From an uncultured Clostridia bacterium (lineage in GTDB: Bacteria; Bacillota; Clostridia; TANB77; SIG350), in contig CALYAQ010000134.1 of NCBI GenBank assembly GCA_944393615.1, positions 1 through 42,883 of the forward strand: a stretch of DNA of 42,883 nucleotides. Direction: 5' to 3'. Every line of letters begins with the position of its first letter. The stretch's first letter is position 1. The notes beneath the pieces were generated by a model that ran no database searches, was not told the origin of the DNA, and saw nothing but the letters and a program-made list of their open reading frames with translations. The position numbers and the translations under genes were made by a program. Shown here in pieces: positions 9,973-21,300 of this stretch.

Positions 9973-10970
9973 TCTTTATCATCCATTCTAAAAGGTATAA
10001 ATTCCTTACGCTCTAAAATACACTTAATTAATTTATATCCATCTAACTTTATTGCAGTTTTATATGATATTTTTCTTTTTAGTTTTTTATGTTCAAACAC
10101 TTGATTTATTCTATTTTCGAAAGCCTCTATAAAAACTTTTTTACCTTCTTCATTAAGCAAAGCATAATTATACTTTTTATCAAAGTGTTTTTCAACTTTT
10201 AATCGTTTATTATTTACTAAATCAAAAATCGTTTTATATACAATAATAGGTTTAAAAACTTCACTTAAATCTAGCGATAAGGAAAAACGAGCTTCACTCG
10301 GCTCATGCAAAAATGATATACTTTGTTCTAAATGTGTATTATATATTTGGCTTATGGTCTTAGTATATAATAACATATTACCAAAAGAAATTAATGCATT
10401 CATAGGATTATCTGGTGGTCTTTTTACACGCTTATTTATTATAAATTCATTTGGTAGAAATAATTTGAAGCTTTCATAAAATCTAGCCCATATTCCTCCT
10501 TCAATAGCTAATATAGTTTTTATATTATCACATTTTTTTAATAAGCGTGGCACCTCATTATTATAGTAATCTAACAATTCCTTTAATTGTTTTTCTCCAT
10601 GCCTATAATAATGATATAAAACATAATAAATATTTTTACTTATTCCTAAAACTATAGCCTTAGCTATACTCAATCTATCTTCCTTATACATTAAAGCTTG
10701 TTTAATCAAGAGATTACCACTGATTAAGCTTTTTTTAGGATAATATGTTCCAATATAGTTTTCGTAATAATTGAATATATGCACAACTATTCCCGCCTTA
10801 CTAAATGACTCTAATAGTTTTGTAGTTAGTGTAATCTCGTTAAATAAGTATAATTCCTTAACTCTTTCAATAGGTATATAGTAATTACCTTTTTCATTTT
10901 TAAACTTTATAGAAAAATCTTCCCTTGTTAAAGCTCCTTTTGAAAAAATATATTTTGTCTCTTCCTGCAT
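9969..10970 (-). CDS. cas1: CRISPR-associated endonuclease Cas1
   Basis: 333 aa. PPDNPMNALISFGNMLLY and SFLHEPS motifs typical of Cas1. Sits between cas4 and cas2. Confidence 0.9.
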   Translation of the reverse strand: MQEETKYIFSKGALTREDFSIKFKNEKGNYYIPIERVKELYLFNEITLTTKLLESFSKAGIVVHIFNYYENYIGTYYPKKSLISGNLLIKQALMYKEDRLSIAKAIVLGISKNIYYVLYHYYRHGEKQLKELLDYYNNEVPRLLKKCDNIKTILAIEGGIWARFYESFKLFLPNEFIINKRVKRPPDNPMNALISFGNMLLYTKTISQIYNTHLEQSISFLHEPSEARFSLSLDLSEVFKPIIVYKTIFDLVNNKRLKVEKHFDKKYNYALLNEEGKKVFIEAFENRINQVFEHKKLKRKISYKTAIKLDGYKLIKCILERKEFIPFRMDDKE

Positions 10971-10979
10971 ATTTACCTC

Positions 10980-11471
10980 CTAAATATAACAATACTCATA
11001 ATACGCACACTTTTTACATCCTCTAGTACGAGATATATCAGGCACTTTATTAGAAGTTACAAGAATTTCTATTTCTTTAATACAATTTTGTATTTTTTCT
11101 CTGTTTTCATCTGTTAATATTATTTCATCAACTGATTCATTTTTATTTTTTTCAATACATTTTATTTGTCCTATTTTTGTTATTCCTTTTTGTTCTAAAA
11201 CATATAGATAATATAAAACCTGCATTTTAGTAGCTTCTACATCAGCATCACTTTTCTTTATCTCAACAATATATTTATCAGTTATTTTATCAATAGAAAT
11301 ATTCTCCAATTTAACCTCATAATTCTTTTTATCTTCTGATTTAATTTTATGTAATATTCTCCCTATTCTTACATCTTCCGAATTGTCTTCAAGATTTACG
11401 TTGTTACTAAATAGATAGCACTGTCTTTTACAATGCACATAATAATTAACCATTGTACCAGTAATTTTCAT
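10980..11471 (-). CDS. cas4: CRISPR-associated exonuclease Cas4 (RecB-like, Fe-S)
   Basis: 163 aa. N-terminal Cys (YYVHCKRQCYL), EIKKS nuclease motif, C-terminal CxxCxYxxxC (CKKCAYYEYC). Confidence 0.85.
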   Translation of the reverse strand: MKITGTMVNYYVHCKRQCYLFSNNVNLEDNSEDVRIGRILHKIKSEDKKNYEVKLENISIDKITDKYIVEIKKSDADVEATKMQVLYYLYVLEQKGITKIGQIKCIEKNKNESVDEIILTDENREKIQNCIKEIEILVTSNKVPDISRTRGCKKCAYYEYCYI

Positions 11472-13891
11472 AATATTATTCCACCTACTTGTCCTTCATA
11501 TTTACTTCTATTGAATTTTCCATCTTCAATAAATTCATCTCCATTTTCGATATAATATATATTTCCCAATCTTTCTGTACTAAATTGAACTTGATTTGTC
11601 TTATCAGGAAATATATTATATATAAAGTAATTAAATTTTTCCTTTATCTTTGATAGTTCAATCTGCTTTTTAGCGTATGAAATTGAGTAATCATTACATA
11701 ATATTTTATATTGTTTCCATATACTACTACCTTTTATAACTTCACCATCAATATTTATACTACTGTTTAAAAATATCTGCACAGTATTATTATCTATAAG
11801 TTTTAAATCTCTTTCAATACTATTAAAATTCATTAGCATACAATTTTCAAATAACGCATCGGTATTTTCTTTAGTATGTTTAGTTGTCCTTTGATACAAC
11901 TTATCCATAACATTTGTATAATAAAGGTCAAATTGTTTTGTCAACAATATGTTTTTAATATTAGCTTTAGTTAAATTATACTCTAATCTATAATCTCCTT
12001 TATATATTTTTTCTGCTGTATCAATATTAAAAAAGTACGCTATACAATCTTTTTTAACACTTGAACGATTTATTCTACCTAAAAATTGTTCTTCAGAATC
12101 TAATAACGATATATCCTTAAAGCCAACATCCATATCAATATCTACACCCGCTTCTATAGTTTGTGTAGCTACTACTAAAATATCTTTTTTTATTTTTATA
12201 TCATCAATTACCTTTTTCCTATTATAATTGTTATCATCACCTGTTATTTCATAACAAGTTTCAAACTCACTTTTCATTAAGTTATAAAATTCACGTGCTG
12301 TCTTTTTGGTTATAAATTCTACTAAAATTTTCTTACCTTTATACTCACATACTTTATTTTTCAATATTTCTAAATCAATTTCATTATCCAACAATGAGAA
12401 ATCTATCTTCACCCTACTTTTAAAAATATTATTATTATAATATCTTTTGCTATTGTCTATTAAAGACACATATTGAACTTTATCTTGCTTAATTAATTTA
12501 TCTAATCTAGGTAATGTTGCTGACATAATAATAAACTTTATATTAAATAGTTTTGCATATTTATCTAACATATAAATAATGCTACGCCATTTTGAATTGG
12601 TATATGACTGTATTTCATCCAAAACAACTACACTATTTATATAATTATATAACGTAAAATTAGATATCTTCCCTGTGCCAAATAAAGTATTAAATAAATT
12701 AATATGTGTTGTAATTTTAATAGGATAATGTGCAAATACATTTTGTATATACAATAATTCATAATCATTCCTATCTTCTTTTTCGTCTACCATAGGAGTT
12801 AAAGAATTATCTACTATATATTGTTCATATTTCTTAAAATATTTGTCAAATGTTTCTGCTGTTTGTTCAACAAGTGTATTAAATGGGAAAATATAATTTA
12901 AACTATTAATATTATCAAATGATTGGTATAGTATTTTAGCAAGATTAATCGCCATATTAGTTTTTCCTGCACCAGTAGGTGCTTCTAAATAATATATCTG
13001 TTTATCTAAATTGCTTTTTAAATTTTGTTCAGTTTCTATAAACATTTCTGTTCTTAACTTATTTATACCATCTAAATCCGCATTACCACTTTCATATTCT
13101 TTTATTGTCTTATATAGCTTCCCATTTTCATATTTACTAAATAATTCATTATCCTTTTTAATTGCGAAATCCACTTTATTTCCACTCATATATTCATACG
13201 TTGCATAATAGTCAGCAGTTACAAGTACAGAGTATAAAAGTTTTAATAATATATACATTGCTTGCTTATTACCATTTATTTTATTAAATGTATCAGATAT
13301 ATTATTTTTATTTAATAACTTTTCAAATTGTTTTTGATTAAATTTTGTAGAAAAAATATTATACATTTCTATACTAAACATATTTGAAACAAATTTTTGA
13401 ATATCATTTAATTTTGAATGGTGCATAGATACCACATATCCATATGCGAAAATAAGAAGTGTTAGGAAGTTAAAATCAACAAACTCATATTCTCTTATAC
13501 ACTTTTCCATATCTTGTAAAAAAGCGTCAACATATATCCTACTTGAATATATAGAATGTTCACTATTACTATCACTGCCAATATCTATAATTTCATTATC
13601 CATTTTTAATTTTTGAAATACTGGATTAATTTTACCTATATCATGATAATATATCGCACTTTTAAATAAATCATAAGCCTTATTTGCTATATTATCTTTA
13701 ATATTAGGGTATATTTCTTTTAAAATACTATATACTATTTTATCTAACTTTTTATACTCTTCCATTTTAGTATAATACTCAAATGTTAATTCGCAATGTA
13801 GATAAAGTGGCTCTTTCGAACCACTTTGATTAATATGCGAATAAAACTTTTTATCTAAATTAAATATTTTATCTATTATTTCATTATGCAT
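11468..13891 (-). CDS. cas3: CRISPR-associated helicase/nuclease Cas3 (HD domain + DEAD/DEAH helicase)
   Basis: HD motifs (YYHDIGKINPVFQ), Walker A APTGAGKT, DEIQ box (VLDEIQ), SATLP. 807 aa. Confidence 0.9.
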   Translation of the reverse strand: MHNEIIDKIFNLDKKFYSHINQSGSKEPLYLHCELTFEYYTKMEEYKKLDKIVYSILKEIYPNIKDNIANKAYDLFKSAIYYHDIGKINPVFQKLKMDNEIIDIGSDSNSEHSIYSSRIYVDAFLQDMEKCIREYEFVDFNFLTLLIFAYGYVVSMHHSKLNDIQKFVSNMFSIEMYNIFSTKFNQKQFEKLLNKNNISDTFNKINGNKQAMYILLKLLYSVLVTADYYATYEYMSGNKVDFAIKKDNELFSKYENGKLYKTIKEYESGNADLDGINKLRTEMFIETEQNLKSNLDKQIYYLEAPTGAGKTNMAINLAKILYQSFDNINSLNYIFPFNTLVEQTAETFDKYFKKYEQYIVDNSLTPMVDEKEDRNDYELLYIQNVFAHYPIKITTHINLFNTLFGTGKISNFTLYNYINSVVVLDEIQSYTNSKWRSIIYMLDKYAKLFNIKFIIMSATLPRLDKLIKQDKVQYVSLIDNSKRYYNNNIFKSRVKIDFSLLDNEIDLEILKNKVCEYKGKKILVEFITKKTAREFYNLMKSEFETCYEITGDDNNYNRKKVIDDIKIKKDILVVATQTIEAGVDIDMDVGFKDISLLDSEEQFLGRINRSSVKKDCIAYFFNIDTAEKIYKGDYRLEYNLTKANIKNILLTKQFDLYYTNVMDKLYQRTTKHTKENTDALFENCMLMNFNSIERDLKLIDNNTVQIFLNSSINIDGEVIKGSSIWKQYKILCNDYSISYAKKQIELSKIKEKFNYFIYNIFPDKTNQVQFSTERLGNIYYIENGDEFIEDGKFNRSKYEGQVGGIIL

Positions 13892-13914
13892 AACTTTTCT
13901 CCTTTATATATTTT

Positions 13915-14673
13915 CTAAAAGAAAAAAACATTTCTTCCATTTACATTATATACATTATCCGTATTATCTACCTTAATTGATTTATTAGTATAACTAAATT
14001 CTTTAAATTTCGCATAACCTACTTTTTTATGTAATTCAGTTGGCAAAACTTCTTTCATTTCATATTTATATTCATCGTCATTTTCAAATACTAACATTAC
14101 AACATTCTCATCCACCACATATTCTTTATCTGTAAATATTGAAGCTATTTTATCAATATTACTAGCCTCCTTAACATTTTCAAAAACTTCTACACATGAA
14201 ATATTTGCAAAATGGTCGTTTTTTCCTATGTATGGTATATACTCACATTTTCGTTCTAATAAATTGTTTTTTAGCTTAATATATTCATCGCTATCATCAG
14301 ATAATATATATATATTCCATGCTGGATTTTCTATCCATTGTTCTGATACTATTAGATTATTACCTTCCTCTTTTGAAGCATATCCCACACTATTATTAAA
14401 ACTAACCATATTTTTGCTAAAAGTTCCATTATCTGTAAGTGGCTCAACGGCTATTTTAAATTTACTTAAATGTGTATAAAACTCTGGTAATTCATCTTTT
14501 TTATCTTTAAATAAACTGTTATAATTGTATCCATTTTCTCCATTTATAGCTCCTAGTATGCCTAAAATAGCAATTTTATGTATGTTATTATAGCTAAAAT
14601 ATATTACATTACTTTCAGGTCTTTTTAATATTCCAGTCAAACCTTTCAGCTTGAATTTTAATATTTCTTGCAT
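13915..14673 (-). CDS. cas5: Cas5, subtype I-B
   Basis: 252 aa. N-terminal LKFKLKG..GILKRPES..Y Cas5-like beta-hairpin signature. Sits between cas7 and cas3. Confidence 0.75.
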   Translation of the reverse strand: MQEILKFKLKGLTGILKRPESNVIYFSYNNIHKIAILGILGAINGENGYNYNSLFKDKKDELPEFYTHLSKFKIAVEPLTDNGTFSKNMVSFNNSVGYASKEEGNNLIVSEQWIENPAWNIYILSDDSDEYIKLKNNLLERKCEYIPYIGKNDHFANISCVEVFENVKEASNIDKIASIFTDKEYVVDENVVMLVFENDDEYKYEMKEVLPTELHKKVGYAKFKEFSYTNKSIKVDNTDNVYNVNGRNVFFF

Positions 14674-14685
14674 ATTGACCTCCCC

Positions 14686-15606
14686 CTAATATAGCTTATT
14701 AACTATATTAAAATCTTTAACTCCCTTTAATTCAAGATTATAGTCGTTATAGTATATTTCAACTGATTGGATTTGTTCCATCTCTTTTTCAAGAATACTA
14801 TTTAAATTTGTTAAATCGTAAATATCTTTTCCACCATTTAATTTTTCAAAGTTAACATATTCATCTAAATTAGGTAAATACAATTTACTGCCTTCTTTAC
14901 ACTCAACAAATATTGCTAATTCATTTTCACAACCAATTTTACTATTAGTATTAAAAGCTGTTGCAGCAATTTTGCAACCTTCCTTAAATTTTTCATATGC
15001 TTCTTGTGTATATCCTTCAAAATCTTTTACAACCTCTTTATATATATCATAGCTAAAAGGATTTACGGCAAATGGATACACATAATGAGCTTCATCTACA
15101 AATATCTTTGTTCCTAATGTAGTTTGATTTGCATCATCATCTGTTGAATCTCTAAAAGGTGACAATATTTCCATTGTTTCAATGTTAGTATTCTCATATT
15201 TATTATATCCTTGTCCAATTTGTACTGCTCCTGTTATACTAATGTTATTACCGCCTTCTGCAAATGTAGCACCAAAATTCATTACATCAATTGCAGAAAA
15301 TAGATTTGCTATTACTGTCTCTTTTTCTTTTTCACTTTTAATATCCGCATTAAAAATTTGATTATATCTTTCAGCTAAACTTCTAGCTTGTATATTACTT
15401 TTTTCTTTTTTATATGACTTAATGTACAAAACTTTATTATTATCATCTGATTCCCACATTTTTTTAATAGGATACTTAAAAGCCTTATCGCTACCAAAAA
15501 TATTTCCTTCAGAAGTCGTTTTAGGATTGCCTGTAAAGTCCGCATTCCAATTAGACATTACTGATTTTATTGCTACTACACCATATACTCTATTCTTCTT
15601 CTCCAT
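14686..15606 (-). CDS. cas7: Cas7, subtype I-B (Csh2-like backbone subunit)
   Basis: 306 aa. VYGVVAIKSVMSNWNADFTGNPK motif typical of Csh2/Cas7. RBS GGAGG 8 nt upstream. Confidence 0.85.
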   Translation of the reverse strand: MEKKNRVYGVVAIKSVMSNWNADFTGNPKTTSEGNIFGSDKAFKYPIKKMWESDDNNKVLYIKSYKKEKSNIQARSLAERYNQIFNADIKSEKEKETVIANLFSAIDVMNFGATFAEGGNNISITGAVQIGQGYNKYENTNIETMEILSPFRDSTDDDANQTTLGTKIFVDEAHYVYPFAVNPFSYDIYKEVVKDFEGYTQEAYEKFKEGCKIAATAFNTNSKIGCENELAIFVECKEGSKLYLPNLDEYVNFEKLNGGKDIYDLTNLNSILEKEMEQIQSVEIYYNDYNLELKGVKDFNIVNKLY

Positions 15607-17404
15607 CTTCTTTTCCTCCCTTTTCCTTCTTTTCTAAAAGCAAATTGTTTGACAACAATCCAAATATAACAGTATTCTTATAATCTTTAATGTTATATTT
15701 TTCATCATCAATTCCAACTAATTGAGAAAATATATTATTAAACTTTTGATCTTTAACCCATAATTCATATTTATACTTTTCATATAAACTTATTAATGAC
15801 CTTTTCATTTTAGTATTGCTATTTGATCTTAATATTGGTTCAAATAGATTTTGTTTTAATTTACTAGCTTTACTTTTATTAATTAAATAATATGTAATCT
15901 GACCTATAAAATAATAATATATTTGGGCATCTTCAATCTTACCGTTGCTCTCAATAATATTTTTTGCCTTTAGCTTTATTTCTTCAATCTCCATACTAAT
16001 ACTCCTTTCTTTATTTCCAATATACTTATCTAATGCTATCCATAAATTCATTGATTTAATTGCATTAGAAGTTTTCTTTTCTACCAACTCATCTATTAAA
16101 TAGTTTAATGTTATTTCATAACCTATAGTATTTAATTTAGATTTTAAGCTTTTACTATTTTCTTTTTTAAAGAATTCTTTAAAAACTCTAGCATATAGTT
16201 TTAACATATTCTTTTTCCAATTTGTTAACCCTCTTCCAGACTTTACATTTCTATCGTAATCATAATATGCAGATTTTAAATATCCCGAAAACCAAACTTT
16301 ACTAACAAAACTCTCTATTTCACTTTTATATTCAGTATTAATATCAAAATCTTTTAAGGGCACTGAATTAATATAATTTTTACATTCAAACCTTTTTACT
16401 TTATCTGAATAACTATTTAAATACTCACATTCTTCCACTTTTGCAAATCCATTATCATTTGTAGCCCTAATCAAATACGCAGGTGCTCCAACATATGCCA
16501 TATCTTCTAAATTACCCTTAAATTGATAAGATAAAGGTATAATAACATCTGGTTTAGTTGTTACATTTTTTAAAATCCACGTATACATATTTGCAATTAT
16601 TTTTTCTTCTTCATATGCTGTTAATGACATTTTGTATGGAGTTGTCTTTAATTCTAAATATGGTTTTTTAGAATTGCTTCCATAATTGTAGTTATTAATT
16701 CCATAAATATCTTCAGAATATTTAGTCATTAATTCTTCTTTATTAAAAATTTTTAATTTACTATATACCGTTGATGCTTCCATATATTCTTCTTGTGTAC
16801 CTTCAAAAAATATTTTTACCCATACTTCTTTCTTTATATCTTTTATTTCCTTAATTCTAATAGCAACATCATCCATAACTGTATCAGTTAATGCTTCTAT
16901 CTTGTCTATCTTTTCTTCTGAAATTAACTTATCTTTTAAATCACTAAATAACTCTTCCTTACTATTTGTCACTTCATTCATTGATACTTTTATTTGAGCA
17001 TAATATTGTTTAATTCCTCTTTTAAAAACTTCTATTGGCATAGCATTTTCTACTTCAGTATTGCCTGTAAAATCTTGCAAAGATTTGTTCTTGAAGAAAA
17101 TTGTTAGATAATTGTTGCTAAATATTTTTTTCATCATCTTATATTCTTTACCATCTACAGTTTCAGCATAATTATTAGGTATACACTTATTAGCGCCAAA
17201 GCAATTGCTATAATAGTCTCTGCACGCAAAATATTCGTATATATCCGACGTATTTTCTGTATCTTTGTCTACATTAAGCATGTCCACATATTTTCCATCT
17301 TGCGTATACAAAAAATATATTCCATTTTGTAAGCTGTATGTTTCAATCATAGTTTCATCTTTTTCGAAATACTCTTTAAAGCTATTTGCAAAATCTTTTA
17401 TCAC
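15590..17404 (-). CDS. cas8b: Cas8b large subunit, subtype I-B (Csh1-like)
   Basis: 604-aa protein between cas6 and cas7. GTG start sharing one base with the cas6 TAG (TAGTG). Poorly conserved family, called mainly from position and size. Confidence 0.75.
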   Translation of the reverse strand: MIKDFANSFKEYFEKDETMIETYSLQNGIYFLYTQDGKYVDMLNVDKDTENTSDIYEYFACRDYYSNCFGANKCIPNNYAETVDGKEYKMMKKIFSNNYLTIFFKNKSLQDFTGNTEVENAMPIEVFKRGIKQYYAQIKVSMNEVTNSKEELFSDLKDKLISEEKIDKIEALTDTVMDDVAIRIKEIKDIKKEVWVKIFFEGTQEEYMEASTVYSKLKIFNKEELMTKYSEDIYGINNYNYGSNSKKPYLELKTTPYKMSLTAYEEEKIIANMYTWILKNVTTKPDVIIPLSYQFKGNLEDMAYVGAPAYLIRATNDNGFAKVEECEYLNSYSDKVKRFECKNYINSVPLKDFDINTEYKSEIESFVSKVWFSGYLKSAYYDYDRNVKSGRGLTNWKKNMLKLYARVFKEFFKKENSKSLKSKLNTIGYEITLNYLIDELVEKKTSNAIKSMNLWIALDKYIGNKERSISMEIEEIKLKAKNIIESNGKIEDAQIYYYFIGQITYYLINKSKASKLKQNLFEPILRSNSNTKMKRSLISLYEKYKYELWVKDQKFNNIFSQLVGIDDEKYNIKDYKNTVIFGLLSNNLLLEKKEKGGKEDGEEE

Positions 17405-18096
17405 TAGTTCTTCCCTCCTTTACCTGCTTTACAGAATCCAAATCCATATGAATTTTTTTCTGCTGCTCCTGTTGCAAAAACTATCCAGGCTAATTTTTGT
17501 GCATCTTCATCAGATTTTACTTCAAACTCAAACTTATTACCCAATAGAAAAATTTTTTTATATGGTATTTTAATTGGTACTTTATTTAATTTTGTTATAT
17601 TAGTTATAAAGTCTGTAGTAATATCTTCTCCAAATATCATTTTATATTTTTTTTGTGCATTATCTGTGATACGTTTTTTTACAAATTCTAAATCATCTGG
17701 TATTTTGTATCCTAAATCTGTAGTCATTATGCATGGAGTTAATGTGACTAATTTTTCAATATTTCTATACTCATTTGAAATTAAATTTAGCATTACTATT
17801 TTAAAATCTTCATTTTCACAATTAAATAATAATTGTTTTAATTTAGCCACAAATTCTACATCAATAGCTCTAATATCAAATTGATATAGGCTACCCGCAC
17901 GATAAACACCATCTTTTGGTATTGCATATGGCAAACAAAAAGTATACATTTTATATTTATTAGTTTCATGTAAAACTTTTAACTCATCATCTTTAGACAT
18001 GGCAAAACTAATAAAATTACCAAGTCTATAATAGGCTTCTTTGTTGTCCATGCTATTTTTAAATAGAATAATAGCTTTCATATTATATGTTATCAT
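17404..18096 (-). CDS. cas6: Cas6 crRNA endoribonuclease
   Basis: 230 aa. C-terminal Gly-rich loop GAAEKNSYGFGFCKAGKGG. First gene of the cas operon. Confidence 0.8.
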   Translation of the reverse strand: MITYNMKAIILFKNSMDNKEAYYRLGNFISFAMSKDDELKVLHETNKYKMYTFCLPYAIPKDGVYRAGSLYQFDIRAIDVEFVAKLKQLLFNCENEDFKIVMLNLISNEYRNIEKLVTLTPCIMTTDLGYKIPDDLEFVKKRITDNAQKKYKMIFGEDITTDFITNITKLNKVPIKIPYKKIFLLGNKFEFEVKSDEDAQKLAWIVFATGAAEKNSYGFGFCKAGKGGKN

Positions 18097-18136
18097 GTTC
18101 TCCTCCTTTCATTATGTTTTAGTATAATATGCAAAT

Positions 18137-18165
18137 ACTATAATACTATTTTAAGTGTTTGTCAA
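18137..18165 (-). promoter_or_regulatory. Putative sigma-A promoter of the cas operon
   Basis: Minus strand TTGACA (18165-18160), 17 nt, TATAGT (18142-18137), about 40 nt upstream of the cas6 start. Confidence 0.45.
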
Positions 18166-18234
18166 TAGTATTATTAAAATTCTTATATTTCACAACTTTT
18201 GTAATGGTTTATTTAAAATTATACTAAAACGTAA

Positions 18235-18264
18235 ATTTAAATACAGCTCCTGTAAGACTAATAT
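18235..18264 (-). repeat. Degenerate CRISPR-repeat relic outside the array
   Basis: ATTTAAATACAgCTccTGTaAgacTaat. The first 11 nt are identical to the repeat and about 18/30 match overall. It lies 116 nt beyond the last intact repeat. Confidence 0.35.
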
Positions 18265-18340
18265 CATTATAGCTACAATTATCGAAAAATTCAATATCCA
18301 ATTTCATATAATCAGGATAAAGACATGAAAAAATTAGAAA

Positions 18341-18360
18341 TTGTTGAAATTAGTTAGTTA
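18341..18360. repeat. Left copy of a perfect 20-bp inverted repeat bracketing the CRISPR array
   Basis: TGTTGAAATTAGTTAGTTAA. Its exact reverse complement is at 25231-25250. Confidence 0.8.
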
Positions 18361-18379
18361 ATGGTACGATACGTTGCTA

Positions 18380-21300
18380 ATTTAAATACAACTATTGTCA
18401 AGGTTCAACGTCCAATTACTAATACAACTATTTCCACAACTATCACATTTAAATACAACTATTGTCAGGGTTCAACGAAAAAGACGGTGGTATGGGGTTG
18501 TCTTGGTTTTGATTTAAATACAACTATTGTCAAGGTTCAACTTTATCTTCGCAAATTTCAATACCTATATGTGTATATTTAAATACAACTATTGTCAAGG
18601 TTCAACTTCAGTATCAAAACTACTTTCATAAACTTTATATTCATTTAAATACAACTATTGTCAAGGTTCAACGTAACATTAATATTACTACTAAAACTAC
18701 CCTCTATTATTTAAATACAACTATTGTCAAGGTTCAACAAAACTAATGTTAGAAGATGTTAAAAATAAAAAATAATTTAAATACAACTATTGTCAAGGTT
18801 CAACGTTGTTAATGTACGTACTAAGTATTGTTGCAGAAATATTTAAATACAACTATTGTCAAGGTTCAACAATAATTTAGTTACTCAAATAACAACTATA
18901 GAAGGATTTAAATACAACTATTGTCAAGGTTCAACTTTGATATAAATTCAATAAATATTCTCCAACAATTATTTAAATACAACTATTGTCAAGGTTCAAC
19001 TTCCGTGAAAGCTTTTTAGAGGCCTTAAAGCTAGTATTTAAATACAACTATTGTCAAGGTTCAACTCTTGTACATGCCAATCATAAATAATATATGCATT
19101 AATTTAAATACAACTATTGTCAAGGTTCAACAAGTTCCAAGTTATAAAAGAATGTGTGTGTGTATATATTTAAATACAACTATTGTCAAGGTTCAACGAT
19201 TATAGACGTACCGGCTGAAGTAATTTATGAAGGATTTAAATACAACTATTGTCAAGGTTCAACAATGCGGACTATTATAAATATTACAAGTGTTATATAT
19301 TTAAATACAACTATTGTCAAGGTTCAACCAAAAGGGAGAGGAGAAACCGGAGGAAGAACTTACCTATTTAAATACAACTATTGTCAAGGTTCAACATAAT
19401 TTTAAAATCTTTGATTGGTATCTTAACAATAATTTAAATACAACTATTGTCAAGGTTCAACAGTTGGCGATACAACACTAACTAAAATGTTATATGAGAT
19501 TTAAATACAACTATTGTCAAGGTTCAACACCACCTGCTAAACATAAAACACGATTATTATAACCATTTAAATACAACTATTGTCAAGGTTCAACTCTTTC
19601 TCTAAAGTATGGCGATAGTGTCGTACCACCATTTAAATACAACTATTGTCAAGGTTCAACAGATGCATTTAATTTAGGTAATGCTATTTTGGTTTCATTT
19701 AAATACAACTATTGTCAAGGTTCAACAATTAACCAAGAGCGAAGAAGAGCTAGCAAAATGGACATTTAAATACAACTATTGTCAAGGTTCAACGATTATA
19801 GACGTACCGGCTGAAGTAATTTATGAAGGATTTAAATACAACTATTGTCAAGGTTCAACGGCACACAAGCAGAATACGATGCAATTACAACAAAAAGATT
19901 TAAATACAACTATTGTCAAGGTTCAACCTTCTGGTTTTTCATCATCTAAATTTTCAAGAACATTTAAATACAACTATTGTCAAGGTTCAACGCTATGTTA
20001 TCCTGTAAAAAAACAGGAGGTGCTTTAATTTAAATACAACTATTGTCAAGGTTCAACGCTGTTTCTTGTTCTTTTATTTTTTTATTAGTTGCTATTTAAA
20101 TACAACTACTGTCAAGGTTTACCTTTTTTAATCAAAAAGTGTCTTAAAAAGCAATAAAAATTTAAATACAACTATTGTCAAGGTTCAACGAACGAATGTT
20201 TAAAATTAAAGGAGGTATATTTTAATTTAAATACAACTATTGTCAAGGTTCAACATAAATATTAAGTTTACTTTTAGCAAAATAATATTTATTTAAATAC
20301 AACTATTGTCAAGGTTCAACGTTACTCAGCATTTATTAACTGCAGATGCTTTAAATCATTTAAATACAACTATTGTCAAGGTTCAACTGCGAAAGAGGGA
20401 AATCGTACAAAGAGGTGTTCTTATTTAAATACAACTATTGTCAAGGTTCAACACTTGCAAAGCTACTAGCAATCATTATTTTTGCTATATTTAAATACAA
20501 CTATTGTCAAGGTTCAACTCAATTCTGTTTCTGATATATTTCTATGTAAAAGATTTAAATACAACTATTGTCAAGGTTCAACGGGAACATTAAAAGAATT
20601 ATTAAAGGAGGAGTGAACAATTTAAATACAACTATTGTCAAGGTTCAACACAACCATATAAAAACATATTATACAGCAGATATGTATTTAAATACAACTA
20701 TTGTCAAGGTTCAACACAAGAAAGTGGCAAGAGTGTTGCAAGTATATTCTAATTTAAATACAACTATTGTCAAGGTTCAACTTTAAATCTTGCATTGTAA
20801 AACCACTTGATAAGGGTATTTAAATACAACTATTGTCAAGGTTCAACATATATAATTCCTTGTTTGTTCTATCTGCATCTATATTTAAATACAACTATTG
20901 TCAAGGTTCAACTTCTTCACTACTAATTCCAAATTCTTTCATTAACATATTTAAATACAACTATTGTCAAGGTTCAACATTACAAGCAAATACCATATTA
21001 AACAAGCTTATTATAATTTAAATACAACTATTGTCAAAGTTCAACTCTCCGCATGTCCCTCTTCAATATTCCTTTTTTATATTTAAATACAACTATTGTC
21101 AAGGTTCAACTTCTAGTAATGTAATATTGATAAAAGTAATACATTGATTTAAATACAACTATTGTCAAGGTTCAACAGTGCCATGTTTTATGTATAGGCA
21201 ACCAAACACGTATTTAAATACAACTATTGTCAAGGTTCAACATATTTTAGTCAAATTTGACTTAAAACCTAAAATAATTTAAATACAACTATTGTCAAGG

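Noticed and set aside
19154-19165. Short (TG)5 run
   Set aside because: It lies inside spacer 12 of the array and is invader-derived sequence, not a genomic microsatellite locus.
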